From: Candidatus Thorarchaeota archaeon
GTDB taxonomy: Archaea > Asgardarchaeota > Thorarchaeia > Thorarchaeales > Thorarchaeaceae
Assembly: GCA_038893995.1 (NCBI GenBank)
Contig: JAWAQK010000058.1
Span: forward strand, 1 to 13,612
Length of the DNA: 13,612 nucleotides
Reading direction: 5' to 3'
Shown piece by piece: positions 1 through 7,924 of the stretch. The position numbers and the translations under genes are program-made. The stretch's first letter is position 1; each line of letters opens with the position of its first letter. The notes beneath the pieces are model-generated. The model worked only from the letters and a program-made list of their open reading frames with translations, ran no database searches and had not been told where the DNA came from.

Positions 1-352
1 TTCGTATGCTCGGTATGTTGTTCCTGATGGAACAGATGAATGACACGAGACAAGGGAAGAACGGGTCCTTGATTATCCTCAGATCTGGTGCAAAGGCGAT
101 ACTCCTTCTGATCAGATCATCTTTACAGATCTCCGTCTGTATCTCATCCAGTGGATCGTACAGTCTAAACATCTCTACTGGTGAGGCTTCGTGATCTGAA
201 GTCTCATAGTGAAGCACATTGCCGTGCTGCTCAACGTAGACTACCTGTCCTACATCTGAACAGACATAGCCGGGCCCCTCGGGGTACCAGCAGAATGTCT
301 GGCCACACTCGAGCGTGTCCCTTAGACTGAAGCGCGGCGCTCTTAGCTCCAT
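1..352 (-). CDS. ogg: 8-oxoguanine DNA glycosylase, OGG1-type (OGG_N plus start of HhH-GPD domain); partial, runs off the window start
   Basis: My manual translation from ATG at 352 gives MELRAPRFSLRDTLECGQTFCW...APDLRIIKDPFFPCLVSFICSIRNNIPSIR, open to the window edge. It matches the OGG1 motifs 'L..TL..GQ.F.W' and 'LRI..DP.ECL.SFICS.NNNI.RI'. Missing from the ORF track because there is no stop in the window. Confidence 0.88.
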   Translation of the reverse strand, partial: MELRAPRFSLRDTLECGQTFCWYPEGPGYVCSDVGQVVYVEQHGNVLHYETSDHEASPVEMFRLYDPLDEIQTEICKDDLIRRSIAFAPDLRIIKDPFFPCLVSFICSIRNNIPSIR

Positions 353-445
353 TGCGTCAGTGTTGGTGGTGGCACTGCAAAAAGAGTATTGTGATAGAGT
401 CCAGAGTGGCAATCCTCAAAACCACTGACACACATACCTCGGACA

Positions 446-509
446 CGGCTGTGATGATCTACCACTTGTGAAGAGGAAGGATGATCGACTCTAAGGGGTA
501 TCTGAGCCG
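446..509 (+). ncRNA. Box C/D 2'-O-methylation guide sRNA (candidate)
   Basis: Terminal stem CGGC(446-449)/GCCG(506-509), box C GTGATGA (451-457) and box D CTGA (502-505) give exact K-turn geometry (stem, 3-nt bulge UGU, tandem G.A, U.U, G-C). Degenerate D' GTGA (468-471) and C' AGGATGA (478-484). About 64 nt and intergenic. Confidence 0.7.
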
Positions 510-511
510 CT

Positions 512-541
512 GGTGACAGGAGGACTGCGAGTCCTCCCACC
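512..541. other. GC-rich stem-loop
   Basis: GGTG-aca-GGAGGAC-tgcga-GTCCTCC-CACC: a 7-bp perfect stem plus a 4-bp stem across a 3-nt bulge, directly 3' of the C/D candidate. Confidence 0.5.
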
Positions 542-635
542 GACCTCTCATTGTCATGGAGGGGTGCAGAGTCTGTGCCGCTGTGTTGCAGCCACCCCCA
601 ATGGTGACTGACAATCTCATCACGTCTGACAACTT

Positions 636-1151
636 CTAGGTCCCCAGAAGATCGACGTCCACGGCGTCTCTCTCAACGATGGCAACAAGTTCTTCGATAT
701 CGTCTAGTGTCAGTATTGGCCTCCCTCCGGGTGAGGACGAGGTCGAAGGTTCTGAACGTGATATGAATGCCCTTATTCCTGACCTGTTTGACTCCTCTAC
801 CGCGATCTCTCTAGTGTCAGTGACACACCAGAATCGAGGCATGTCTGACTCCTTCATTCCCTCGATCAACACTAAGTCAGCACGTACACCGAGCAGGGCG
901 TCGTGAATCTCCAGCTTTCTCCTGTGGGTGATCGATGTACAATTGGGACCGAGAAACACCGTGCTGTCTGCACCTGCCCTCCAGTGCCTTCCCGTATCGG
1001 TCGAGTCGTCCGGGGAGATGTCCTCTCTTGAGCTCTTGACAGTGGCGACAATGTGCCCCCTCCTGATGAGCGCGTTCACTAGAGCCTCCACGACGGTTGT
1101 CTTACCGGAGGCCGAGTAGCCCGACACACCAAATACTCGAAAGCGGCTCAC
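636..1151 (-). CDS. mobB: Molybdopterin-guanine dinucleotide biosynthesis protein B (MobB)-like P-loop GTPase
   Basis: N-terminal Walker A 'GVSGYSASGKTT', 'DTGRHWRAGA' and 'DLVLIEGMK' motifs typical of MobB; 171 aa. Confidence 0.85.
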   Translation of the reverse strand: MSRFRVFGVSGYSASGKTTVVEALVNALIRRGHIVATVKSSREDISPDDSTDTGRHWRAGADSTVFLGPNCTSITHRRKLEIHDALLGVRADLVLIEGMKESDMPRFWCVTDTREIAVEESNRSGIRAFISRSEPSTSSSPGGRPILTLDDIEELVAIVERDAVDVDLLGT

Positions 1152-1249
1152 TGAAGTCTCCCACAGACAATACTGGGACTGATGGCTTTAAGAGTGACTG
1201 GCGTCACAAACCTTGGATACGTACAGTGCACATTGAAGGGTCCAATCGG

Positions 1250-3142
1250 ATGGTTCAGATATTCAAGACAGTGGCTGGGGGTAGATTGCCGACACAAGAG
1301 AGGTTGATAGTATTCATCTTGGTATTCTCGTTGGTGACCGGTGGTACTTCGCTACTGTTCTCGTTGGTCGCCCGTTATCCTCAGAGGATGGCACAGCCCC
1401 CTCTAGAGAGTGAATATGAGACGACGTTCTGGGATCTCTCTGAGGCCATCAACGGATCGGTATCAATGGAGGTCCATTCAGTGAGGATCCAAGAATACAT
1501 GCACGGGGGCCACTCTGTGCGTGTCGTCGAGACCTCTCTCAGCTACTTGAGCAATCTATATCGTGGTGAAGCCATCCGAGTAGGCGGGCTAATGCTGCAC
1601 AGAGAGAACATCTCTGAGCCCCAGCCATCTGTATTGCTTCTTCATGGATATGGCAGTCAATCCCAAGACTTTGGGCCCATCTTATGGGATCTCGCGCTGG
1701 AGGGCTACGTTGTGATGGCAATCGACGCGCCAGGATGTGGCAGATCCACGGGTCCAGCTCTTTCTCCCTTGACGTTCCTGAATGTCACCGATGGACCAAC
1801 CAGTGCTCATCTGTACTACTCCACATGGGCCGCTGCAAGGGCGGTAACCCTCCTTGAGTCACTACCATTTGTCAGACCGGAAAAGACCTTCGTGCTCGGT
1901 GTCTCGATGGGCGCAATCGAGGCAATCATCCTGACCGCGGTCGACAGACGCATCGACGGAGTCATTCCGACCATCGCGGCAGGAAACCTACGGAATGCCC
2001 TGCTCTCGGGCTCGTTACTGAACTCTCTCATCGATCCGTCGTACACAATCGATGGGCCCGAGATCGCGAGCATCATCAGGTACTTTGATCCAATTGCGTA
2101 CGTCCGCCTGATCGAGGTCCCTGTGCTGATGATGTTTGGAACGGGCGACGAGTTCTTCCCTCTGCTCTGCTTCTCTGACACGGTGGAACATGTCAAAGCA
2201 CCCCTCACATTATCCATCTCTCCCAACTTCGGACACGTCTTTGTTTCAATCCATGTTGCGTTGGTGAAGATGTGGTTGAACTGGTTGACGTCTGGTGATG
2301 ATGTCGTCCCGCAGATCTCTATCAGCCACACTGAGGTGTCCACACCTGTCGGGGTGACGATCAGAGTCTACGGAGAGTCACCGGATGGTGTTCCACTCTA
2401 CCTATACTGGCGATCAGGTATGCCTGGTAGTTCGTGGAGTGTCATTCCAATGACCCTCATGGGTGGCCGTTATACGGCGGAGATCTTTCCCCTCACACTC
2501 GCTGACATACTGTTCTTTGTGTCGACGTCCCCGTCCGACTCTCTGGCCGGATTCACTACCAGAGTCTTGAAAGCTTCAGGGGGAAGCTATCTGGTACCTG
2601 TAGTGGTCGCCCTGTCCACACTCGGACTCACCTACGTCATCTTAAGGGACAGATGGAGCCCCTCACTGCACGATCTGTGGGAAGAGGTTCCCACCTTTAT
2701 TGGGGCATTCATGATCATCATTGGTTTTGTAGCGCCTTTCTTCAATATCTCTGGCCGGGCAGACATCCAGCTTACGTCATTTGTGGAGACGTACGGTACG
2801 CTCTTCATGCTGAACGACTGGCTGCTTCCATCTGTTGTTGGCACTGTCTGTATGGTGGTCAGTATATCTCTGTTCAGAAGAGGACTCTCTCTGAAGATAA
2901 TGACGTCTCTCTGGCTCCCGCTCCTGTTTGTATTCACAATGGTCCACCTGATGTTCGTCGGTTTCTTCTCATTCCACGGTGCCATGGGTATGGTCCATGA
3001 TGGCGCCGGGTCATACCTCCTCCTACTGTCCGTCCCAGTGGTGTTGCTTCTCGAGGTCCAAGTGAAGAAGTCTTCAGTCGATGTTCTCATTGGTCCGGAG
3101 GACATCGAGCGGTTGGTGAATCCCGCTTCTTCAGAAGACTGA
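1250..3142 (+). CDS. Membrane-anchored alpha/beta-fold hydrolase (esterase/peptidase-like) with N-terminal TM and about 5 C-terminal TM helices
   Basis: 'VLLLHGYG' oxyanion motif, nucleophile elbow GVSMG, acid 'GTGDEFFP', His 'PNFGH'; hydrophobic N-terminal segment and C-terminal helices. Start moved to ATG 1250 because the 1097 start overlaps mobB. Confidence 0.85.
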   Translation: MVQIFKTVAGGRLPTQERLIVFILVFSLVTGGTSLLFSLVARYPQRMAQPPLESEYETTFWDLSEAINGSVSMEVHSVRIQEYMHGGHSVRVVETSLSYLSNLYRGEAIRVGGLMLHRENISEPQPSVLLLHGYGSQSQDFGPILWDLALEGYVVMAIDAPGCGRSTGPALSPLTFLNVTDGPTSAHLYYSTWAAARAVTLLESLPFVRPEKTFVLGVSMGAIEAIILTAVDRRIDGVIPTIAAGNLRNALLSGSLLNSLIDPSYTIDGPEIASIIRYFDPIAYVRLIEVPVLMMFGTGDEFFPLLCFSDTVEHVKAPLTLSISPNFGHVFVSIHVALVKMWLNWLTSGDDVVPQISISHTEVSTPVGVTIRVYGESPDGVPLYLYWRSGMPGSSWSVIPMTLMGGRYTAEIFPLTLADILFFVSTSPSDSLAGFTTRVLKASGGSYLVPVVVALSTLGLTYVILRDRWSPSLHDLWEEVPTFIGAFMIIIGFVAPFFNISGRADIQLTSFVETYGTLFMLNDWLLPSVVGTVCMVVSISLFRRGLSLKIMTSLWLPLLFVFTMVHLMFVGFFSFHGAMGMVHDGAGSYLLLLSVPVVLLLEVQVKKSSVDVLIGPEDIERLVNPASSED

Positions 3143-3545
3143 TGAGTTGCTCGACGTGCCTCAGTCCTCTCATCAGCCTTCCTATGTGAGCCCTCTGGTT
3201 CTTCTGCACATGGATCCGCCGTAGCTCCAGCTCGTGCTCGAGATAGCGGTTCAGTTCTGTCCCCTCTGGATCGAAGTCTGTGAGGATCAGCACATCCATG
3301 TCTCTTCCGATCAGCGTTCCGACTATCAACTCTAAGACCTGTTCCCGCGACTGTCCTCTGTGCACTCTCACTACCGGAAGGGTGACCCCAAGTTCCCTGA
3401 GAGCCATCTCGTCCCTGGCCCCCTCCACCACTATTATGACCCTGCCTTCACGTTCGATCTCCCTGAATAGATCGATGAGCTCTCGCTCATTGTCTTCGAG
3501 CCAGCAGTTGGACCCTGCATGACGTTTCACTGTCTCAGGAGCCAT
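3087..3545 (-). CDS. Small TOPRIM-domain protein (RNase M5/primase-like)
   Basis: 'IIVVEGARD..AL..LG' and 'ILTDFDPEG' TOPRIM motifs (conserved E and DxD). GGAGGTGA RBS upstream of ATG 3545; GTG 3557 is an alternative start. Confidence 0.85.
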   Translation of the reverse strand: MAPETVKRHAGSNCWLEDNERELIDLFREIEREGRVIIVVEGARDEMALRELGVTLPVVRVHRGQSREQVLELIVGTLIGRDMDVLILTDFDPEGTELNRYLEHELELRRIHVQKNQRAHIGRLMRGLRHVEQLISLLKKRDSPTARCPPDQ

Positions 3546-3582
3546 TGGGTCATTCACCTCCGATCAGGACCCTCGGAACAAC

Positions 3583-4629
3583 TTACGGCAGGATGGCAAT
3601 CTTCATGCTCTTTCCTGCTGACATCATCTCCAGGGCCTCAACCACCCTATCGAGAGGCATTTCACCGGATATCACGACGCTGGTGTCTATCCTTCTCCTG
3701 ACGATGAGTTCTAGTGCCTGTTCAACGTTTCTTGGGGTCAGATGGAAGACTCCCTTTACGGTCAACTGGCCGTAGTGAAATCGTGACGTATCAATGGTGA
3801 ACTTGGTCCCTGAAGCTGCACCACCGAAGAGGACCGTTGTGCCGGCATCCCGAGTCATGTCGACCGCCTGCTCCCAAGTGGAGGGCAGACCTACCGCCTC
3901 TATCACGACATCAGCACCACGTCCATCAGTCTCGTCCCTGACTACTCTGACGGGGTCCTCCTTGGTAGGGTCTATGACTGTGTCCGCACCCGCCCGTCTT
4001 GCAGTTTCCCTCCTGAAGGCCACAGGGTCTGAAACGATTACTCTAGATGCCCCTCTGAGCCTGGCCAGCATGATCAGCATCTGTCCGATCGGTCCCGCCC
4101 CGATTATCCCGACTGTGTCTCCGACCTCAATTCCGGCCTCCTCAATACCATTCACGACGCAGGCCAGTGGTTCAGTCAGGGCAGCGCTCTTGAAGTCCAA
4201 AGAATCTGGAATCTCGTGAGTGTTCCAACGGACCACTCCGGCTGGGACCCTGATGTACTCTGCAAAAGCTCCATTCACAAGCGTAGACTTGAGTTCTGGA
4301 CAGAGGTTTGGTCTCCCTCTCCTGCAGAAGAAACACTCCCCACAGGGGGCCGAGTTTGTGGCGACCACGCGCATCCCCCTTCTGAACCTCTCGACTCCTG
4401 CTCCAACATCCTCAATCACTCCTGCGTACTCGTGCCCGAAGAGTGCAGGTGTATTCCTGATCAGAATTGGATGCCCACGTTTCAGAGTCTTCACATCCGT
4501 GCCACATGTGAGCGCTGCTCCCACTCTGACAAGGATCTCTCCCGGTCCGATCTCCGGGACGTCGGTTTCCTCATATCGGACGTCGCCCACACCATAGTAC
4601 AGTGCCGCTCTCATTCTTCTCCGGGGCAA
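3583..4629 (-). CDS. Zn-dependent medium-chain dehydrogenase (sorbitol/L-iditol/threonine dehydrogenase-like)
   Basis: Catalytic Zn 'CGTD' and 'GHE', structural Zn CGECFFC...C, 'TEPLAC', Rossmann 'GAGPIG'; 348 aa. Confidence 0.92.
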   Translation of the reverse strand: MPRRRMRAALYYGVGDVRYEETDVPEIGPGEILVRVGAALTCGTDVKTLKRGHPILIRNTPALFGHEYAGVIEDVGAGVERFRRGMRVVATNSAPCGECFFCRRGRPNLCPELKSTLVNGAFAEYIRVPAGVVRWNTHEIPDSLDFKSAALTEPLACVVNGIEEAGIEVGDTVGIIGAGPIGQMLIMLARLRGASRVIVSDPVAFRRETARRAGADTVIDPTKEDPVRVVRDETDGRGADVVIEAVGLPSTWEQAVDMTRDAGTTVLFGGAASGTKFTIDTSRFHYGQLTVKGVFHLTPRNVEQALELIVRRRIDTSVVISGEMPLDRVVEALEMMSAGKSMKIAILP

Positions 4630-4662
4630 TCACTCACACCCGAAGGCCCAGTCCCGTCACCG

Positions 4663-4669
4663 TTTAAAT
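4663..4669. promoter_or_regulatory. TATA-like element in the divergent dehydrogenase/OsmC intergenic region
   Basis: TTTAAAT about 35 nt upstream of the minus-strand start at 4629. Confidence 0.4.
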
Positions 4670-4731
4670 CACTATCTGGCTCGATTTTCAACAGGAATGT
4701 TAATCCAGACGGAACAGCAGGTAGTTTCGGT

Positions 4732-5193
4732 ATGAACATCAGAACGCGTTATCCTGAGCGTACGGAGTATTCCGCAGACAGTGAGTGGGATGGACGGACA
4801 GGCGGGGTCGCATCAACCAGCAGGGGCCACACGATACGGTTTGACACACCTGCAACGTATGGTGGTCTGGGAGAAGGCATCTGTCCTGACGAGATGTTCG
4901 TGTGTTCACTTCTGGGGTGCCTGAACAACACCTTCCTTGATTTTCAGAGACGATTCGAGCTGAACCTCATCTCCCTCAGGCTCTCCGGAAAGGCCACTGC
5001 CCGTTTTGGGGAGGGCGGCTACCGACTGCAGGGAATTGACGTCTCTGGAGAAGTAGTCGTTGCAGAAGGCGAAACTGATGTGGCGACCCGGTGTGTTGAA
5101 CTCATGAAACAATACTGCCATATCTCCCGTTCAATCGGCAGTTGTGTACCCATCACGTACCACATCGATGTTCGGGAAGCTGCCCCGGACTGA
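4732..5193 (+). CDS. OsmC/Ohr-family protein
   Basis: 'FDTP..YGG.GEG.CPDE.F..SL.GC' and C-terminal 'YCHISRS' carry the two family cysteines; 153 aa from ATG 4732. The longer ORF-track version overlaps the dehydrogenase antisense. Confidence 0.85.
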   Translation: MNIRTRYPERTEYSADSEWDGRTGGVASTSRGHTIRFDTPATYGGLGEGICPDEMFVCSLLGCLNNTFLDFQRRFELNLISLRLSGKATARFGEGGYRLQGIDVSGEVVVAEGETDVATRCVELMKQYCHISRSIGSCVPITYHIDVREAAPD

Positions 5194-5677
5194 TGTGTCG
5201 TTCTGAATGGCGAATCATTGTCCGGAGCCTGTCCATATACTCGTTCATGTTCCTCCACTGGCCGCCCTGAAAGTACACTGAACGACACTCTGTGCAGAGC
5301 CAAAACCTGTCATAGTGAGCCAGTGTCCGCTCGTGTACGAGATTTCTCAGATCATCCTTATCCCTTACCTCTACGAGTATGCCATTGCACTTTGAGCATC
5401 TCGATCGAGCTGGGTCGATCTCTGGTTCTATTCCGAACATCACGAAGATCGCGGCTATCTGCTCGTCAACATCTCCCCTGACTAGAGCCGAAACAACACC
5501 ATACGTTTCTGCCCTCAGGTGAAGTCTGGCGTCTGATGTCAGGAGGATCCGCCCCTCATCTCTGGCCGTTTCCAACAACACGTCATCGTCTGCATCTGGA
5601 TAGTACGTAGTGTCGTGCCCTGTGAGCCTCAACCAGATGGCTGCCTTGCCCAGCATCCCATCAACGATGAATCTCAT
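5153..5677 (-). CDS. Mut7-C RNase domain protein (PIN-like fold plus Zn ribbon)
   Basis: 'MRFIVDGMLGK..WLR..GHDT', 'DD..L..A..EGRILLTSD', 'RCSKCNG' and 'CTECRSVY'. ATG 5677 lies 2 nt after the amidohydrolase stop. Confidence 0.9.
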   Translation of the reverse strand: MRFIVDGMLGKAAIWLRLTGHDTTYYPDADDDVLLETARDEGRILLTSDARLHLRAETYGVVSALVRGDVDEQIAAIFVMFGIEPEIDPARSRCSKCNGILVEVRDKDDLRNLVHERTLAHYDRFWLCTECRSVYFQGGQWRNMNEYMDRLRTMIRHSERHISPGQLPEHRCGT

Positions 5678-5679
5678 AC

Positions 5680-6582
5680 TCAAGACTCCCCGAAGAAGAG
5701 CTCTGATGAGTTCCTCCACATTATGCTCTCTATATCGCCAGATCGTATACGTCTGCCCACGCTCTCCACAAGATACTCCGGAACTCGTAGATTCACGAAG
5801 AAGCTCACCCACTCAGGCAACGGAAGTACATGTTCGAATAGCGGGTAGTCACTCCCCCACAGGACCCTGTTTGGAAAGACTCTCGTGATTGCGGCCTCGA
5901 GGAGCATCTGAAATAGCCTGTTCGGAGCACCAGCAGCATATATCTGCCAGCCACTCAAGTCCACGTAGACATTTGGGTTCTTGGCCGCCACCATCAGTGC
6001 CTCCTCGTGCCATGGTATTCCCACGTGCGCGATTACGATCCTCAGCTCGGGAAAGTCTGTGGCTACCTTGTCTACAAACACGGGACGGGCGTACTTCACG
6101 TACTTGAACCTCGATGTGAACCCCTGGTGGATCACTACTGGAATCCCAAGTTCAGTCGCGAGCTCATAGTAGGGATAGAACTTCTCATCATCAGGATAGA
6201 ATCCATTAGGTGGGTACAGTTTCAGTCCTCTGCAGCCTCTCTCAGTGACCGCCCTTCTCAGCTCTCTGATCCCCTCCCCTCCGCGCCTCGGATCAATGCC
6301 GACAAACGTGATGAGCTCGGGATGTCCCTCTATCTCAGAGACATGCCAGTCAGTCTTCTCGCTCAGAGTGAGCGGCATGTCTTGAGTCAGGCCGCTGTCG
6401 ATGGGAAGGATCACGGCCCTCTCTACTCCTGCACATTTCATTGCATGTAGGAGTGCAGATGCGGGCGAGTCTAGGACGGGTTCAACTCCACTCCTCTTGG
6501 CAGACAGTATCCGTGCGTCAATGTCTCGCTGACTGAGGATGTGGCGTGTCCAGGTATGCACGTGAGAATCTATGACTCTCAA
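5680..6582 (-). CDS. Amidohydrolase_2 family TIM-barrel metallohydrolase
   Basis: 'IDSHVH', 'GLKLYP', 'VVIHQG', 'IAHVG', 'NVYVDLS' and 'WGSDYP' motifs; 300 aa. Confidence 0.9.
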   Translation of the reverse strand: MRVIDSHVHTWTRHILSQRDIDARILSAKRSGVEPVLDSPASALLHAMKCAGVERAVILPIDSGLTQDMPLTLSEKTDWHVSEIEGHPELITFVGIDPRRGGEGIRELRRAVTERGCRGLKLYPPNGFYPDDEKFYPYYELATELGIPVVIHQGFTSRFKYVKYARPVFVDKVATDFPELRIVIAHVGIPWHEEALMVAAKNPNVYVDLSGWQIYAAGAPNRLFQMLLEAAITRVFPNRVLWGSDYPLFEHVLPLPEWVSFFVNLRVPEYLVESVGRRIRSGDIESIMWRNSSELFFGES

Positions 6583-6618
6583 TCACTTTCCCTGTCTGAC
6601 AGGTCCTACACCATTTCA

Positions 6619-7461
6619 TTAGTGTTGCGAACGCGCCCTCTCGCGGAGCTGAGACACGACATCAATGGACACCGTGACACCTCCCAGCGGAGGTCCATCT
6701 GCATCACCGTGAAAGTCACTCCCCCCGGTCATCACGAGATCCAGTTCCTTAGCCAAGTTCTCTAGTTCCTCTGTAGCGATCTTCTTTGGATCTGAGTAAC
6801 TGTAGAAGACCTCGGTTCCCTCAAGACCCTCTCTCTTCAGATCCCTGATCATCTTCTCGAGGTCGTCAATCTCGTTCTTGAGAGGGTGCGCCAGTACGGG
6901 AACTCCACCCGCGCGTGCAACAAGGCGTATTGCCTCTGAGTAGCTTGCCCGTCTTCTCTCCACGTACGCGGGCTTGTTCTCTCCCAGATACAGCTCAAAT
7001 GCCCTCTTCGCATCACTTACCACTCCCTTCTTGACGAGTAGACGGGCAAGGTGCGGTCTACCTGGGGCCCTGGTTTCCGACAGCACTCCCCTGATATCCT
7101 GGTCGTCTATCTCGATGCCAAGTCCTCTGAGTCTGTCGACCATCTCTCTGAATCTCTGCTCCTTTCGGAGCAACAAATCTTCTAGTCCTCTACTGAGTGA
7201 CTCCGATGAGTAATCTATGAAGTAGCCGAGTATGTGAATCTCTTCTGTTCCATAGTCGGAACTGATCTCTACCCCAGGCACTCTCTGTAGAAGAGTAGGA
7301 GCTGGCATGTTCAGGAACTCTTCAATACCCGTGACATTCTCATGGTCGGTGAGTGCAACTGCACCCAGACCCACTGAGGCCGCCAGTCTTACTATGTCTG
7401 AGGGGCTGTATTTTCCATCAGATCTCCAGGAGTGTACATGGAGGTCAGCTCTCTCCAGCAA
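6619..7461 (-). CDS. PHP-domain phosphoesterase, TrpH/YciV type (3',5'-nucleoside bisphosphate phosphatase / RNase AM-like)
   Basis: 'DLHVHS..SDG', 'ALTDH', 'PGVEIS', 'IHILGY', 'GRPHLA', 'VLAHP' and 'TGGSDFHG' motifs, with the helical insertion typical of this subfamily. Confidence 0.9.
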   Translation of the reverse strand: MLERADLHVHSWRSDGKYSPSDIVRLAASVGLGAVALTDHENVTGIEEFLNMPAPTLLQRVPGVEISSDYGTEEIHILGYFIDYSSESLSRGLEDLLLRKEQRFREMVDRLRGLGIEIDDQDIRGVLSETRAPGRPHLARLLVKKGVVSDAKRAFELYLGENKPAYVERRRASYSEAIRLVARAGGVPVLAHPLKNEIDDLEKMIRDLKREGLEGTEVFYSYSDPKKIATEELENLAKELDLVMTGGSDFHGDADGPPLGGVTVSIDVVSQLRERARSQH

Positions 7462-7861
7462 ATATCCGCGCCTCCCTGATCATCTGTTCAACGGCCCTAC
7501 GCACCTTGTGGCACACGCCTCTGATGTCGGTCCTGTCTACTGTACATGCAGAGGGACACTCTTGATCAACCACGCATCTCCTCTTTCTAGCATCATATAT
7601 GACTGGGTAGTACCTACATCCCTCCGGTCGGGACTCGTATATCTTACAAAGACCTGTTCCTACGTCGTAGAAGAAGCAGTGCCCCTCCACATTGCGGAGC
7701 TGTATGAAGCCATCACTGGCTCGAAATGCGTAATACTCTCTGTCATACCCCAACGAACATATCCTGATGACGTCCTCGCGAGTCAGAGTCATCCGAGTGT
7801 CCATGCAGCAGAGTCTGACCTCGGAACAGCTGCCATCGTGATTACACACGAATGGGGACAT
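7445..7861 (-). CDS. YkgJ-family cysteine-cluster (Zn/Fe-S chelating) protein
   Basis: 'C..C...CC', 'C.FYD...LCKIYESRPEGCRYYP' and a further C..CP. GGAGAGG RBS before ATG 7861. The 3' end overlaps the PHP start. Confidence 0.88.
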   Translation of the reverse strand: MSPFVCNHDGSCSEVRLCCMDTRMTLTREDVIRICSLGYDREYYAFRASDGFIQLRNVEGHCFFYDVGTGLCKIYESRPEGCRYYPVIYDARKRRCVVDQECPSACTVDRTDIRGVCHKVRRAVEQMIREARIFAGES

Positions 7862-7924
7862 TCCAGTCCTCTCCAACCGTCCGAACGATCCACGGTCCAG
7901 GTCGGGATACTGCGGGGTGACCCC

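Noticed and set aside
487-494. GACTCTAA resembling the tRNA-Pyl anticodon loop
   Set aside because: No cloverleaf or acceptor/T arms around it, and it lies within the C/D guide region.
343-540. 65-aa minus-strand ORF (and the 6..194 plus-strand ORF)
   Set aside because: No RBS or motif. The first overlaps the C/D RNA antisense; the second is a shadow of the ogg gene.
545-626. Possible eukaryote-like SECIS in the mobB 3' region (UGA...GA flanking a helix)
   Set aside because: The tandem G.A register is off by one base, and no neighbouring gene shows an in-frame UGA at a Cys position.
1097-1249. N-terminal extension of the hydrolase ORF
   Set aside because: Overlaps mobB head-to-head and spans the likely promoter region; ATG 1250 precedes the TM segment.
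4216-4731. Apparent 172-aa N-terminal fusion on OsmC
   Set aside because: It is the antisense shadow of the dehydrogenase gene plus the intergenic promoter.
5678-5812. N-terminal extension of Mut7-C
   Set aside because: Overlaps the amidohydrolase in another frame; the family start 'MRFIVD' is at 5677.
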